Positions 10,401 through 24,140 are shown, numbered from the stretch's first letter. The stretch: DNA of 64,000 nucleotides from Paraspadella gotoi (GCA_051294375.1 CM119265.1:964089-1028088), one strand, 5' to 3'. Numbers and translations are program-made. Notes: a model not told the origin generated them from the letters alone.

Positions 10401-11059
10401 TTTTAATGTTAAGTAATCGTTTGTGCATATGTTTCCTTCTAGTGCAGTCACGTGATAACTTAAAAATGTCTCCACGCGAGAAAGATACGGCGGCGCCACA
10501 TCTTGTGCCATCGGTTCAAGATACGGCGGCTCCACATCTTGTGCCATCGGTTCATTATACGGCGGCGCCACATCTTGTGCCATCGGTTCATGATACGGCG
10601 GCGCCACATCTTGTGCTATCGGTTCTTTGTCAATTTTTTTTCCGAAATTTTGAAATATTAATTTCGTCCTTATTCTTCCTCTATTTCTTATTTTCTTCCA
10701 CAAATCATCTTATCTTTGCCTTTTCCGATATACATCCCTGAATTTTTCCTCCCTCTCTCTCCCTCCATCCCTCCCTCCCCCATTCCGCCAAATCCTCTCT
10801 TCCCCTGTTTCCCTTCAGAGGACGCGGCGGATATCGCGGTCGATCGGCGGGCGTCGCTCAAGGATATCGGCGCGGCGGCGGCTACTTTGGCGGCGGACGC
10901 GGCCGCGGCGGTCGAGGTCGAGGACGCGGCGGTCGCGGCGGCGGTCGGCCCCGCGTCTCCAGGGAGATTCTGGACGCGCAGCTGGATCAGTACATGGCGA
11001 AGTCGCGAGCGACGTTGGACATGGAGTTGGACGTTTACATGGCGGGGACGGACGATTGA
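7402..11059 (+). CDS. CHTOP: Chromatin target of PRMT1 (Friend of Prmt1) orthologue
   Basis: Exons 7402-7463 ([21 protein letters not shown]), 9530-9666 ([23 protein letters not shown]), 9898-10057, 10285-10318 and 10819-11059 (RGG tract then [33 protein letters not shown]). These match the recalled CHTOP N-terminus and duplicated LDxxLDxYM C-terminus. The exon 1/2 junction is out of phase by one base. Confidence 0.93.
7651..7787. repeat. Diverged 77-bp tandem duplication in the first coding intron of CHTOP
   Basis: CAACGA(C/T)GGAGACAGAGACA...TTCGAGGA...CGTGGATGCGTT(G/C)GGTATCGA at 7651 and 7728. Confidence 0.75.
9071..9205. repeat. GC-rich interspersed repeat, also present inverted at about 44820-44945
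   Basis: Shared CATTGGGATGGGGC...CACTGGCG(C/A)GGTTACCCTAG(A/G)ACGGTCT...TTGCCAA segments. Class not determined. Confidence 0.65.
10484..10625. repeat. 36-bp minisatellite, 4 copies, in a CHTOP intron
   Basis: Unit GATACGGCGGCGCCACATCTTGTGCCATCGGTTCAN repeated head-to-tail without spacers. Confidence 0.92.
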
Positions 11060-12411
11060 GGTGATTTAACATCAGTGGGCATGGAAATGTTATGGTGGCT
11101 TGGTAGGGGATATTGCCTGTGATTCGCGGGCGCATCTGACCGTTCTTGGGGGGATCAGGGGGTTTCGGAACCTCCTTTGTCGAACGGTGGGGGAACGGAA
11201 CCAACCCAACATGGGTTCCGACCCTTAATCACTCAATCATTGGAGTTAGAGGTGTTACCAACTCGCCATCATGATTCATTTCCTTAAGTATTTATTATTA
11301 ATAATTTATAATTCGTCAATTGGTTTTGACTAAGTGGGCACTGGATAGATTGGGTTGGAAAGTCCAGGAGCGAATTCAAAAATGGTTTGGATCCAATTGT
11401 AGGAAAAGATGAAATCGTTGATTCGTTTTAATCTCGTTTTCTTTAGGATCGAATTTACGGATTTTTCTCATCATCATTCGCCGAAAAAAACGAACAACGT
11501 TGTTGTCCTTTTCTTTGTTCTCTTCTTTGTTCCCTTTATTCGTAACCTTTTCGTCGTCCTTTTTTCCTCTCTTCTCTTCTCTTCTCTTCTCTTCTCTTCT
11601 CTTCTCTTCTCTCACACACAATAAACTGTATTTTCCATCCTATTTTATTGTGCGCGTCTCCAATTGTGACGCAGATTTAGTGTTTAGAATTTTTCTCGCG
11701 TCGTAGGAAATAATCGATAAGTTTCTCTTTTCATTCAAACAACGCCGAATAATCTGTAGTCCTAATTATTTCATTATAATTAAGAAGAAAGACCTCATTA
11801 ATTCTAAGTTAACAATTGCTTATTCCTTACGACCGACGCCATCTTGGTTTTTTTTTTTCGCTCGATCCAAACGATCGAATTTGAAACTCGTAATGACTTT
11901 TTTCCTTTGTTTTTTTTCTCTCGAATGTTCAATTTGATGATCCAATTCGCTATTATTCGCGAAATATGGAAAAAATAAAAGATTTGTTGAAAAATAAAAA
12001 ATTTAAATTATTTACGTAATTTGTCGATACTCCGATATTCATAGATTAGTGAATTTAATTGAATCTAGATTAGTGGTACAAGATCTCTTTCATTGTCCCG
12101 CGTCAGTTTCGCCTTAGTCAAGTACCATTCATGATCCTGACAAAAAAAACAGAATGGATTCATCCCTGTTTTATTTAAACGGTTATGTAAAAGCGAACGT
12201 TCCGTGTTTAAAATCGGAAAGCAACCGAATGAGCTGTGTACTTATTTAATATTATTATCGTTCAGCGTTGGCGCTTTCTGCAGCAGCGCATATTAGGAAG
12301 GTGTCTCACTGAGATTGGCTGAAAAATGATCGTTTGTATTTATTGTAATAAGGTATTAAATTTAAAATCTACCTTAACCCAGGTCGGCGAAAGTTGTTTT
12401 ATTATTACATC

Positions 12412-12553
12412 TATGAAATTGGTACAACCAATATAAAAATTATCCATTCATTTAATAAATAAGCTATCTTGCCCCTGACCTTGGACAGGCTTTGGTGGCC
12501 CAAGGCCTCCATCAGTCTTACAAGATAATGACATTGCAGGTCCCTGCAAGCTA
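12412..12553. mobile_element. Representative of a very abundant ~150-bp non-autonomous repeat
   Basis: TATGAAATTGGTACAACCAATATAAAAATTATCCATTC...CTTGCCCCTGAC...ACAAGATAATGACAT...GCAGGTCCCTGCAAGC. It recurs near 8525, 17433, 17670-17872 (-), 24984, 25540-25690 (-), 27420-27533 (-), 43590, 55528, 59053 and 63044. Confidence 0.85.
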
Positions 12554-13815
12554 TATTATAGAAAAAATAGCTTCATTTACCTTTGACTTAAAAGGGAACT
12601 TTCAAGCACGTCGGCTTAAAATAGCCATACCCGATGAAATTTAAATGCTAATGAATACAGCGTTAAAATAATCTATCATGAGCATAGATTATAGTATTAA
12701 AATATTTTTTGTCAAAAATTCTTTTTTCTGAGGGAACTAGCCTTATTAAAATTATTATATTACTATCTTTAAATAAATATTAAAAAAATAATTACTAGGG
12801 TATAGAACCATATAAGAAATTTGTTTTCCATTGAAAGTATAGTTAAGGATGTATAAATTTTCGTTTGAGCTTGTACTCGCTCTAAATTTCGGACTCACCC
12901 CATTGAGTGCGGCTACCCCTACTTAAAACGACTTTTCAAACAGATTTTCGACTCGCCCACTCAATCGAATTTTCTTTATCCTCTTCCCTCCCACTTCCCC
13001 TCTCTCCCTTCTCCCCCCTTCCCCTCACTCCTCTCCCTTCTCTCCCCCTTCCTCTCCCTTCTCCTACCCCTTCCTCCTTCCCCCTCCGCGCGGATACTGA
13101 TCCTGCGGATCGGTTCAACGATCGAGACGAGAGAGAGAGACGATACGAGAGCGAGAGAGTCAGTGATGTTTTTGAGTTGCGCGATTCTCTCCCGGGTCGT
13201 TGATCCTGTGAACGTGATGCTTGTCAGTTGGTGATTTATTGTGAACCCATTGTCGTGATTTGAGAAGGGATGTCAGTTGATCAAAAGATAAAACTTATTT
13301 AATTATTAAAGGAGTAAATTCTCTCGTTTTTAGACGTATATTCAATTAATGATTATCAAAATTCTGCATTAACCGCCGTGTATAACTTGCAAATAATTTT
13401 CTGAACTACACGACATCGATCCTGGGAGAAACTCACCAAAAATATAATTGTTGCTAATACTTACGCAAGATTATATTAAGGTGGTACTAAGACTATTTGT
13501 GGTCATCTTTTCTTAAATTATTCCGAAATTCAATTGTTTCTTCCCTACCTTTATATCTGCAATCTCTTCCCTTTTCCCTGGCCCCATCTCTCTCTCTCTA
13601 CCCCTCCACCTTCTCCTCCCATCTCACTCTCTCTTCCTCCCATCTCTCTCCTTCCCATCTCACTCTCTCTTCTTCCCATTTCTCTCTCTTCCTCCCATCT
13701 CTTTCCTTCCCATCTTACTCTCTCTTCTTCCCATCTCTCTCTCCTCCCTTCCCTACCCCTTTTACCCTCTGCGCCCACGGGTAATTTGCGCCAACGCTTT
13801 GGTCGGAAGATATCG

Positions 13816-13860
<45 letters not shown>

Positions 13861-14621
13861 CCAGTTTTTGTTTGCCGACTCGGAAATTCAAAAACTCCGC
13901 CGGGAATTAATTTTTCTCTTTTTTTTTTTTCGTTTGCTTTTTCTTTATTTTGCTGCTTCGACGAAGCAGCGAGCGAATTACGCTCATGTTTACATTTTTG
14001 TTTATACATTGTTGTTCTATTTCGACACAAGTTAATATTAATTTATGCTCAATTTTTATCCGATCTATATATAATTCCGGTTCGCCTATAATGACAATTT
14101 GATGGTTACGAGATTGAAATAGCGTAGATAACTAAACGGATGTAACCTTTTAGTCACTCCAATCACCCCAATGTCATTATCGAATAATTCGATCGCTCCT
14201 TTCCAAATTTTATCTCTTCTCAAATTTGTCCGTTCGATATTTTAAATTCGCCAAAGAAAATGTTTTTTTTTTTACCCTTAAATTTTAAAAATTCGAAAAT
14301 CGTAAATTTGGCTCCGAACGCAATTCATTCTCTTTTTTCTGAAATTCTGGATTTTTTCAATCGTAAAATTGTAATATTTACTTTGTCGCCGAGATTCTCT
14401 TTAAATTGTCACCTCTGGTCATTAAATGCTTGAAACTTTCCCATTAAAAACAAATTTTTGAACAACTTTAATCCGATTTAAACGTTTCACTTTCACGCAT
14501 GTCATTGAATCCCGCTGACATTAGTTGTAAAATATTTATTTTTATCAGCTTGATATAAAGATCTTTAAAAAAAAAAAAACCTCGACGTTAGATTCACCTT
14601 GAGCCATCGTGATCTAAATTA

Positions 14622-14697
14622 CCTGGCACTTCCCTATATCTGCCTGGCACCACATTGCATCTGCCTGGCACCTCCCTGCATCTGCCTGGCACCTCCT
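14622..14697. repeat. 21-bp tandem repeat (CTGCCTGGCAC...), about 4 copies
   Basis: Direct repetition; it explains the RCQADAG repeat in a spurious ORF. Confidence 0.8.
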
Positions 14698-17233
14698 CGC
14701 TTCAAATCCTTGTTTCGAGACAAAGTTTTTTTCAAACTCGATTGCGACAATCAATGTAACTTTTTTTATTTTTAAAATTGTAATTTTTCTCTGTCGGTCA
14801 TCATTTTTGTATTCAACCAAAACTTCTGGTTAATTTCTATCTTTGATAATAAACCCTTCGCCCTCGTTGGCTTAAATTTCCAAGGTCAGTTCATTTGCCA
14901 AGTGGAGCACACCCTTTATCAAAACAGATCAAAGTAAAATACGATCGATGTTGAAAACTGCTAGTAGTTGATTTCGAAATACAGTTTCGACTATTATTAC
15001 TCTGAAGTTTCCAAACAGGATTGCGAAACAATATATTAATGTCCCCAGACTGATTTTTTTTTTTCTCTTAACCAATTCTGTTTTTAAGCGGAAAGACTTT
15101 CGTAAAAGGGTTTTACTACTCATTCAGAAGTTCAATTCTAAAAATGTCAGATTTTGTTTTAAAATTGTTAATTTTCCATCCAAACATTCTCTGAACTCTT
15201 CTTTCCTCTTCTGCCCCCCTCTTCCTATTTCTCACTCTCTCTCTCTCTCTCTTCCTTTTCCTTTTCTCAAATTACAGAATCCTCAAACTTAATTTGAAGA
15301 GGAAACGCCTAAAGGCTTTTCTATCTTTTTCAACTCAAAAAGACAAAAAAAGCTAAAAAGGAATAAAAATATCAATAAAAAAAAAGAGAAAAGAGAAGCC
15401 AGAGAATGAAAGAGAGTTTTTGTCGGAAAACTGCTTGGGGGCGAAAGAGCAAGCAAAAACGGTCGGCGTGAACTTCAGGCTAACCTCTCGTGTTTAGCGA
15501 CTCTTGTTAATATTAATTATCGTGATTTTGGAGGAGAAATAATTATTATTTTTTTCGAGTTTCGACGCATCCAACCTCGCGAAGCTGATCGTAATATTTA
15601 TTTTTTCCAACTGTAATAATGTACGTAGTATAAAAGATTTTTGATACCAACTTAAAAAGCATTTTTTTCTCGGCTTATTTTTACATTCGCCGACCGGGAT
15701 TTTGCGGTCGGTTATTTTTTTTTTCGTTTATAGAAATATTTTTTTTCCCCCCGTTTATAGAAATCTCGTTAAGTAAAAATTAAAAAAGGATACCAATAAG
15801 AGTAAAAAAACCTTTTTATAATTTTTTTTTCTCAAAAACTCCCCGAACTACCCTTAAACCTTAACTACCCTTAACCGAATTGTTAACCATTTAAAAAATA
15901 TAATATACAAAAAATAATTAAAATAATTATTCGAACAAATAATATATACAAATTTTTTTTAATTAAAAAAAAAAAAGAAATGAAAAAAAAATTATATTAC
16001 TGCGCAAACTGAGACCATGTTAAAGAGAAAACAAAATTCAATGGATTAACAAAGTAGCAACCGTTGGTAGCTAAGGTTGCGGACATCGAATAGTAAAGTT
16101 ATCCTTTTTCTCAATAAAGCCGGTCTATTAGGAATTGTTTTGCTTTGACAAATCCAGTTTATGTGCTAAATAAATAAAATTAAATTAACGTTTTTTTTAA
16201 ATCTGAAGCTATTGTAATCGGTTTATTACTCATTAAAGCCTTTGGGAAAAAAAATATTACATAAAGCCAAAGGGTCGACGATATAAACAAGAACGGTAAT
16301 TCAAATGTATTGCGCCGCAGCGACTGCCTTATCACGTGTATTTCTCGTAACATGACATGACTACAATAACTTTTTTGGCCCGTGTATTTATGACATGCAT
16401 TGCATCAAAATTTCGTCTTTTATCTCTTATAGTTTTAGGATTTCCTAAAGGCGACGCTAGAAGTCTTAGATTTGGGGCTTTTTTCTTTTCTTAACAAATG
16501 AGAAACCAACTATATGCAAATCATATGCATTTTTAATGTAAGTGGGACAAACCGACGGGCATACCGACATACCGACAGACCGACCGAAAAGTGACGAGTT
16601 GCTCCGCCAGTACTCTTTTTTGTAGTAGGCTTTTTTTAAATATTATAAACTACCAAAGATAAATCCGTTTAAAAAAATTGCTCGTTTCACACTCACAAAA
16701 CTTTGCCAAGTTTAATACAAAAAAAATCTCGCATCCTTTTATTTTTTTCTGTTCGACGAACGATTATTCTTTCTTTCAACTTTCAAACGATTTGGATCTT
16801 AAGTTTTGAGTTTTTGTATACAATATTAATCGTTTCCGGATGTTTTTCTTGTACGAGTGTTACTAATCCATTCGTCATTTGTTAAAAATAAGATCTTTTC
16901 CTAATTTCTTCTTTTTAGACTTTATACCGTTTCATGACTCATGACGAAAAAAAAGTTCCCGGGACGAAAAAGCGACACTGATTTTACGTCTTCAAACGTC
17001 TCGACATTTTCGTGGACAACCTCGACGCATCCGATCTTAAATTCACGTGTCGGCGTCTCTTCTCGACCTCATCGGTCAACGACTTAAACCTTCTGCAAGA
17101 GCTTTCATAGCCTCTTTCTTGGCGATCAACCGTCATTGTGATTGTCCTCATTCCTTGTCCCGTTTCTCCAACGTTTCTTTTCCTGACTCTCTCCTCTTTC
17201 TCCCTCTCCTCTCCCGCCCCTCTCTCCTTCACA

Positions 17234-19208
17234 ATGTCCACCCCACGCTCCCTCCGCAAAAAACTCGTTGTGGTCGGAGATGGTGAATGCGGAAAAACAT
17301 CTCTTCTCATCACTTTTTCCAAAGACGAATTTCCGGAAAACTACGACCCCACTGTATTCGAGACATACGTGGCTGACATAGAGGTGGAGGGAAAACCGGT
17401 AAGTATTGATGATTAATTAAAACTCATACATATATGAAATTGGTACTACCAATATAAAATTTATAAATTCATTTAATAGATGAGCTATCTTGCCCCTGAC
17501 TTTGGACAGGCTTTGGTGGTTTAATGCCTCCATTCCCACAAGACAATGACATAGCAGGTTCGCGCAAGCTTTAAATTCCCCGATCTAATACTTTGTGGTC
17601 CTTTTATACAATTAAAACATGTTATACCATTTCAATTGCCAGGTACTCTGGGAGTGAATAAACGAAACCGTGAGAGTGTCTTGATTGAAAGCTTGAAGGA
17701 TCCAGCTATGTCATTATCTTGTAGAATCCTTAACCCACCATAGCTATGTCATTATAGCTATGTCATTATCTTGTAAAATCCTTAACCCACCATAGCCTCT
17801 CCAAAGTCAGGGGCAGGATAGTTTATTTTTAACATGAAAAGATAATTTTTGTATTGGTGGTAACAATTTCATTGACAAAACCAGCTGCGGCTATAAAGAC
17901 TGAACTAGATATACTTTATCGAGATACGAGGTCAAAACGAAGTGATAAATCTTTTCTTCTCGAATCCATAAAAATCGGTTCCCGAGATTTATTTCTTCAA
18001 ATATAATTAAATCTTAATTAATTCGCCTCCTCCGCCTGCTGCTTCGTCCCGCTCCGCTGCTGCTCCTGCCGCCGCTTCTCCCGCGCCGCTGCTCCGCCGC
18101 GCCATTCCTCCGCCTCCTGCTTCCCCCCCCCCCGCAGGTGGAGCTCGCCCTCTGGGATACAGCGGGTCAAGAGGACTACGACCGACTCCGCCCTCTCTCG
18201 TATCCCGACACGGACGTGGTCCTCATGTGTTTCGCCGTCAACAATCCCGACTCTTTCGATAACATCCCCGAGAAGTGGACGCCCGAAGTCAAGCATTACT
18301 GCCCCACCGTTCCAATCCTGCTCATCGGCTGCAAGCGGGACTTGCGGCAGGTTAGATCGGGGGACGGTTTTGACAAAAAAAACAAATTTAAATTTTAAAG
18401 CACGGCTCAATTGGTAGTTAGTGCAGACAGCAACATTGTTTGTTATATAGTCAGTTTAGTCACATAGCAACAATGAAAACAGTAGTTAATAAGCAACAGT
18501 CACGAATACGTAAGAAAATTTAAATATGAAGCTGTTTTTCACACAAGCCGGTAAAACTGAATGAAACGTCTTTCGTATCCGTGACTGTTGCTGTGTTATT
18601 ACTGTTGTCATTGTTGCTGTTGTTAATACCGATTCTGTTGGCTTCGACATTTTAAGTTTGTCTTTGTCTTCCACATCATTTATTTGTCTCCCTTGGCCTA
18701 TCCCCTTATCCTCGGACCTATCCTCCTATCCTCGGACCTAACCTCCACTTCCTCCTTGTCCCTCCTCCTCCCCTAACCTCCTTCAGGACGAACCAACCCT
18801 CAAATCTCTCGCCGCCCGCAAACTCAAGATGCCTTCGGTGGACGAGGCTCGATCAATGGCCGATCGCGTTGGTCAGTTTTCTCTCTGACTTGATCAATTT
18901 TGAAATGTGACTAATTATAATTATAATATAAGTTAAACGTTAAATGATTAACTAATATAAAAAAAATTTAAAAATGTTCTAACAAATACGTACTTAAATT
19001 AAATTAAATTAAAGTATTAAATATTCAGTGATATTCTCTAATTCTTTGTGATACTTGGTGACACTCTACCTCCCCTTTCCCAGGCGCAGTGACCTACGTG
19101 GAATGTTCGGCCAAAACGAAGGAAGGCGTTCGGGAGGTGTTCGAGGCGGCGGCGAGGGCGGCTCTGACCAAACCTTCTTCGACGGTGACTTGTTGCAAGG
19201 CTTTGTGA
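17234..19208 (+). CDS. RhoA/Rho1-like small GTPase, divergent paralogue, 195 aa
   Basis: Exons 17234-17398, 18138-18350, 18787-18871 and 19084-19208 in phase. Motifs [75 protein letters not shown], and C-terminal CCKAL*. Confidence 0.95.
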
Positions 19209-20235
19209 CGGCTGGGGGGGGGGTTAGGTGGGAGGAAAGGGAGGTGGTCTTTGTGGGTTGAGGTGGTTCAAGATTGGGTTGGTGAAGGACCGGGGCGAGT
19301 ATGAAGAGAGAAAGGCCGAGGTTAGAGAAATATGGTCTTGGAAGTGAAGAGTGAAAGATGGAGTAAAAATATGTTTTGGTCCAAATGTAGAGGTGTGATC
19401 AACAACTTAAACACGATTATTCGAAAAAGGCCTTTACTGACTTTAGCTGAAAAGTTATTAAATTGGTGACCCGCTTTGTTATTGCTCGTTAAGTTGCACA
19501 ATCCAACAAAAATGCTATAATTTCGAAAAATAGTTTTATTGTGTCTTCACTTATTTATTCGCCGTATTATTTTAAGTCGCCGTTTTAATTCTAGTCGCTT
19601 TGTTACATTTTCTTATGCATTATATTTTTATGCTGTATTTTATTCAAGTTGTTAAATTAGTAGTATTAATTGAAAGGAGATTTTTCGTTAAAGCAGAAAA
19701 AATACAGAATTTTAATTATTCATTAAGGCTAATTAAAAATTTGTAGATTCATGAAAAAGATTATTCGGCCGCTGTTGGTTGGAAAAAAAAAATTATTTGC
19801 TTGTAATAAAATTCACTAAATAATGGGAAAGTCGTCCGTTTTCATAACGAGATTAATGAAAAGATATTTAATTAGAATGGAAAACCTCGGAAAAAGTTAG
19901 CCATTTATCGCTGTGAAAGTACGACCGAGGTTGTAGTTCATTCAAATAGCGATGTCGGCGGCGATTCACGCACGAGTCGCAGGTGTGGTTTCAGTGCTTT
20001 ATAATTAAGGCACGACATGTTACACCCTCTTTTCTACCTATTCAGTGTAACCGTTTAACAGCGATTTCCTTCATATATTAAAGGTCCGAATAATATTATA
20101 AATCTATTTAGTAATTTTTTGAGTTGAAATTTAATTTTCATTGCATAACTTTAAATCCTTATCGGGATTAAGGGAACTTTGTCATATGTTCTTCTTGCCG
20201 TTGTTCATATTTATAAGACTACAAATTTAAGGTTT

Positions 20236-20295
20236 ATTAGACAAATTGAAACTCAAATGAAACTTAACTTTCATTTGAGTTTCAATTTGTCTAAT
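20236..20295. repeat. Perfect 27-bp inverted repeat with a 6-nt loop
   Basis: ATTAGACAAATTGAAACTCAAATGAAA-CTTAAC-TTTCATTTGAGTTTCAATTTGTCTAAT. Confidence 0.9.
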
Positions 20296-21662
20296 GAAAT
20301 GAGGTCGGGTTAGTCGAAGTCTTTATAGGTAAGTTAGTTAGATACTGATAACATTTGGAAAGAATAGAGGCATCATCCTTAGGACGAGATCTCAAGAATG
20401 ACTTTACCATTACTTCAAAATGCCAAGTGCTTTAAGAATTTTGAAGGAAAGTCTCCCGCATTTTTCGGTGACGGTCAGCGGACGAAGAGAGAGGTTCTCT
20501 ATTGTCACGAATGCCAGCATAATACTCTGTGATAATCTTAACGAGTAAAGTGCTACCATTCGCGAAAATATCGACCCTAATATTTTATTTCATGTTTTCC
20601 CCAGTCGCACATTTTGCACAAGTTCATTACTTTATCAACAAAAAAAAAGAAACAAAAAAACTGCACTGATTATTTTGAGGAGTTATAAAATTCAGATAGG
20701 GAGCCATCAAAAAAATTTAAATATCAAATTAATTTATGTATATAATATAAACCAAGTGTCTATTTTCATGTGAATTTTTTTTTTTAAATTAAACTTATGT
20801 TTTATATTTAAAATTTATATTTACTTAGTTAAAGGTTATTTTAAAGTTTTCTCTCGATTTGGAAGCGTCCCTCAAAAAAATGCATAAATAGACTTTGATA
20901 GAAAAAAACCGTTAATCTTATCATAAAATAAAAATCATTTGCTATTCACGAAATGAGATTTTTATTGTGATAACGAGCTTCGCACTTTGCATTGAGCAGT
21001 GAGTCACATCGAAGTGCGTGAGGCGGGCCTGTCCGTGAAACCGGTAACAACCTCTGACGTAGAGACTTGTGTTGAAAGAACAAGAAGATTTAGCCGTTTG
21101 AGGTCTGATGCTACATGATCTACTCTTCTACCTTTGAGCCTTTTCTTTCTGTATCTTTGTTTAACTTGACGTGTCTTACTTTATTTTCAGTTTACTCACT
21201 ACACTATCTATCTCTTTTACTTGCCGAGAGGCCAGGCAGTAGGCAAAATCTACCTTTAGCCAGATACCCATCTTCCCAGATATAGCTGATAAGCCCATCC
21301 CAAATTTATTCACCTACTTTATGCTGAGAGCTATGCCATTTCGAAGCTGCAGTACATTTTGTATAATTTTCATGTAGCCTGATATTGTTTTAATCGACAT
21401 TCAAAATCCAGTTAAACTGATAGGGGATTCAGTTTTTACGCTTTGATTACAAAATTCTTCTCTTTTTTTCTCAACGATTTCAATCTCTGGTCAATTTTAT
21501 CAAGTTTCATCTCAAATTTCCTTTTAACGATTAAATTTATTTTGAGAGAATTTCTCTGTAGCGATGTGACATTATTACCACCAAGTACAGGGTGTTCCGT
21601 CGTCGTTACTGTGCCTGTAGGCTTTTGTCAATGGCAAGCGCCCTCAATCCTTAATTAGCCAA

Positions 21663-22256
21663 TAGCCATAGCCCATGAAATTTAAATGCTAATGTATACA
21701 GCGTTAAAATAATCTATCATGAGTATAGATTATGATATTAAAAGATTTTTTGTCAAAAATGCTTTCTTTTGAGAGTACTAGCCTAATTAAAAATATTATA
21801 TTAGAGCAAAAAAACATTTTTAAATCTTATATTTTTGGATAGATTCTGATAGAGCATAAAAAGTTAAACAAGAAATATAATTACAGCTTTTAAAAATTCT
21901 TACATTTTCTTAATAAAATTTAAAAAACTGAAAAAATCATCGAAAGATGATGATGACAATTTTTTATGGTTTTTCTTATTTTTGACTCACTCATAAAAAT
22001 ATTTAAAAAAGAATTATTCGTTGTGCAGATAACTTTTTATGAGCTATTTGAATCTGGTCTTAAAATTTAAAAATTGTAAAAACAATTTTTGGCCTTTATC
22101 TATAAATAAATATTTAAAAAATTAATTACTAAGGTATAGAGCCATATAAGAAATTTTTTGTCCATTGAAAGTATCTTAAAAATGTATAAATATTCGTTTG
22201 AGCAATGTACTCACTCTAAATTTTTGACTCACCCCATTAAGTTGGGCTACCCCTAC
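21663..22256. mobile_element. AT-rich non-autonomous DNA-transposon-like element
   Basis: An internally deleted copy at 12621-12921 shares both ends (ATAGCCATA.CC.ATGAAATTTAAATGCTAATG ... GACTCACCCCATT...GGCTACCC). Related pieces at about 28580-29180, 46750-47170 (inverted), 24150-24400 and 53089-53125. Confidence 0.7.
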
Positions 22257-23282
22257 CCTTATGATACGGATTTAAGCATCGGATAGGTTGCATAAAAAAT
22301 ATAGAATGGTTAATCCTACGTACTGTATTGTCGCTGACAAAAGCCGCTCTATCTGATGGTCCGGAACCTCCGTGCCGGGATACTTAATGTCAACTGTCAT
22401 GGCCCGCTCTTCTCGTCTCTTTATCCTCTGCGGATTATTTTGCTTACTATTCAAGATTTAAAACATTCTACTTGTCAAAATATTAACATCGTAAGGAGTA
22501 TTTTTAGTCTCTTAGCTCCCTCTCACTAAAGATTAAATAAAAATGAAAACTCTCGTCGCAAATTCACAAATTTGTTCTATTTTAATTTAAAGTTTGAATG
22601 AAATTCGTCCGAATTTGGCTTCGCTTCAAAGTAGATGTAGATGATTTCAAGAAATTACGATTTTCGTTTCAAGGTCTTTCCGATTTTTCATAAAACAATT
22701 TCACTTGCGGTTTTTCTCTCTTCTTTATGAAACTGGTACAACCAATATAATATAATATTTTCGACTCATTTTATCGCGAACTTCAAACACTGCTTAATAA
22801 ACGAAACAAGTTTGAGCAAACAATGTCGGATCTGCCCACGATCATTAGCGGTAATTAATTAATTTATATAAACTAAAATAATTTTTTTTTTGTCTTTTCA
22901 TCACTGATCACGACAAAAGCAACGACGATGGCGATGACGACAATAATGCCGATAAAGATTGACTTGATTGATTGATTAAATAATTAATTAATTTATAAAT
23001 AAATTGATTGAATAATGAATTAATTAATTATTAAGTAATTGAATAATTAACTGATTAATTATTTGATTAATACATTTTGCATTTACATTTAATATTAAAA
23101 GAAAAAGAAGCATAATTAATTAGTGAAACAGGTTTTTTTGTTTTTTTCATTTAAACTCATTTCCACTAAGACGATTCCATCGAAACTTGATTTCCAGCTT
23201 AATCACACACTTTCTTACCCACATACAACATTTTAAGTCAATCGCCCCGTCCACCTATGAGTAATTGGCGTTCAAATAGTGA

Positions 23283-23598
23283 AATACATTTTTCTGTTTT
23301 TTCCATTTAAACTTATTTCCACTCGCAGGATTCCATCGAAACTTTATATCCAACTCACACACTTCCCTACCCACACACAAAATTTCATTCCAATACATCC
23401 ATCAAATCACGAGTAATTGAGTTTTTTGCTAAGGTGGGACGGACGGACGGATGGACATCGTTTTTTTGCATAAGTTATCATAATTCGATATTCTGACATA
23501 ATATAAGTGAATGCCCGACAAGATTGGGGGGGTGGACCAATGGACTGACAAAGTGAATTATAGAGTCGTGATCTGCTGAAAGCAGATTCGCCTAAAAA
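23283..23598 (+). mobile_element. DINE-1/HINE-like (Helentron-associated) non-autonomous element
   Basis: Conserved core, (GGAC)n microsatellite, and terminal stem-loop GATCTGCT-GAA-AGCAGATT followed by CTAAAAA. Inverted copy at about 62610-62815. Confidence 0.65.
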
Positions 23599-23871
23599 TT
23601 AACACGTTATTTTGATTGTCACAAGCAATTGTAGTAAATTATCCTACACACAACTTTTAAGCTGTGGATAAGGCATTAAAGTTGGCTGAAGAACTTCTTG
23701 GGCTTGGCGGAACAGGTAAAAACTAAGAGCTCAATAATATAAACAACGCAAAATTTTAAAAAATTTTAATATTTTATGTATAGTTAATAATATAGGAATA
23801 TTTAAAGTTTATCGTATTATTATAAATCATGAAAAAATTTTATTTTAAATTCAGAATTTTTAAAAACGGAT

Positions 23872-24140
23872 NNNNNNNNNNNNNNNNNNNNNNNNNNNNN
23901 NNNNNNNNNNNNNNNNNNNNNNNNNNNNNNNNNNNNNNNNNNNNNNNNNNNNNNNNNNNNNNNNNNNNNNNNNNNNNNNNNNNNNNNNNNNNNNNNNNNN
24001 NNNNNNNNNNNNNNNNNNNNNNNNNNNNNNNNNNNNNNNNNNNNNNNNNNNNNNNNNNNNNNNNNNNNNNNNNNNNNNNNNNNNNNNNNNNNNNNNNNNN
24101 NNNNNNNNNNNNNNNNNNNNNNNNNNNNNNNNNNNNNNNN
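23872..24140. other. Assembly gap (Ns); two further short gaps at 31864-31888 and 53064-53088
   Basis: Runs of N. Confidence 1.

Noticed and set aside
10330-10420. ATGATGA C-box-like motif in a CHTOP intron (possible C/D snoRNA)
   Set aside because: No CTGA D box or terminal stem at a suitable distance.
10484-10625. 36-bp repeats suggestive of a CRISPR array
   Set aside because: Units are contiguous with no unique spacers, there are no cas genes, and the context is a eukaryotic intron.
10716-11069. Ala-rich ORF overlapping the last CHTOP exon
   Set aside because: It is an alternative frame of GC-rich RGG-coding sequence; splice phases and homology support the other frame.
13497-14091. ORFs of 95-185 aa rich in L/S/P or R/E/G
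   Set aside because: They are translations of CT-rich low-complexity sequence and a (CT)n microsatellite.
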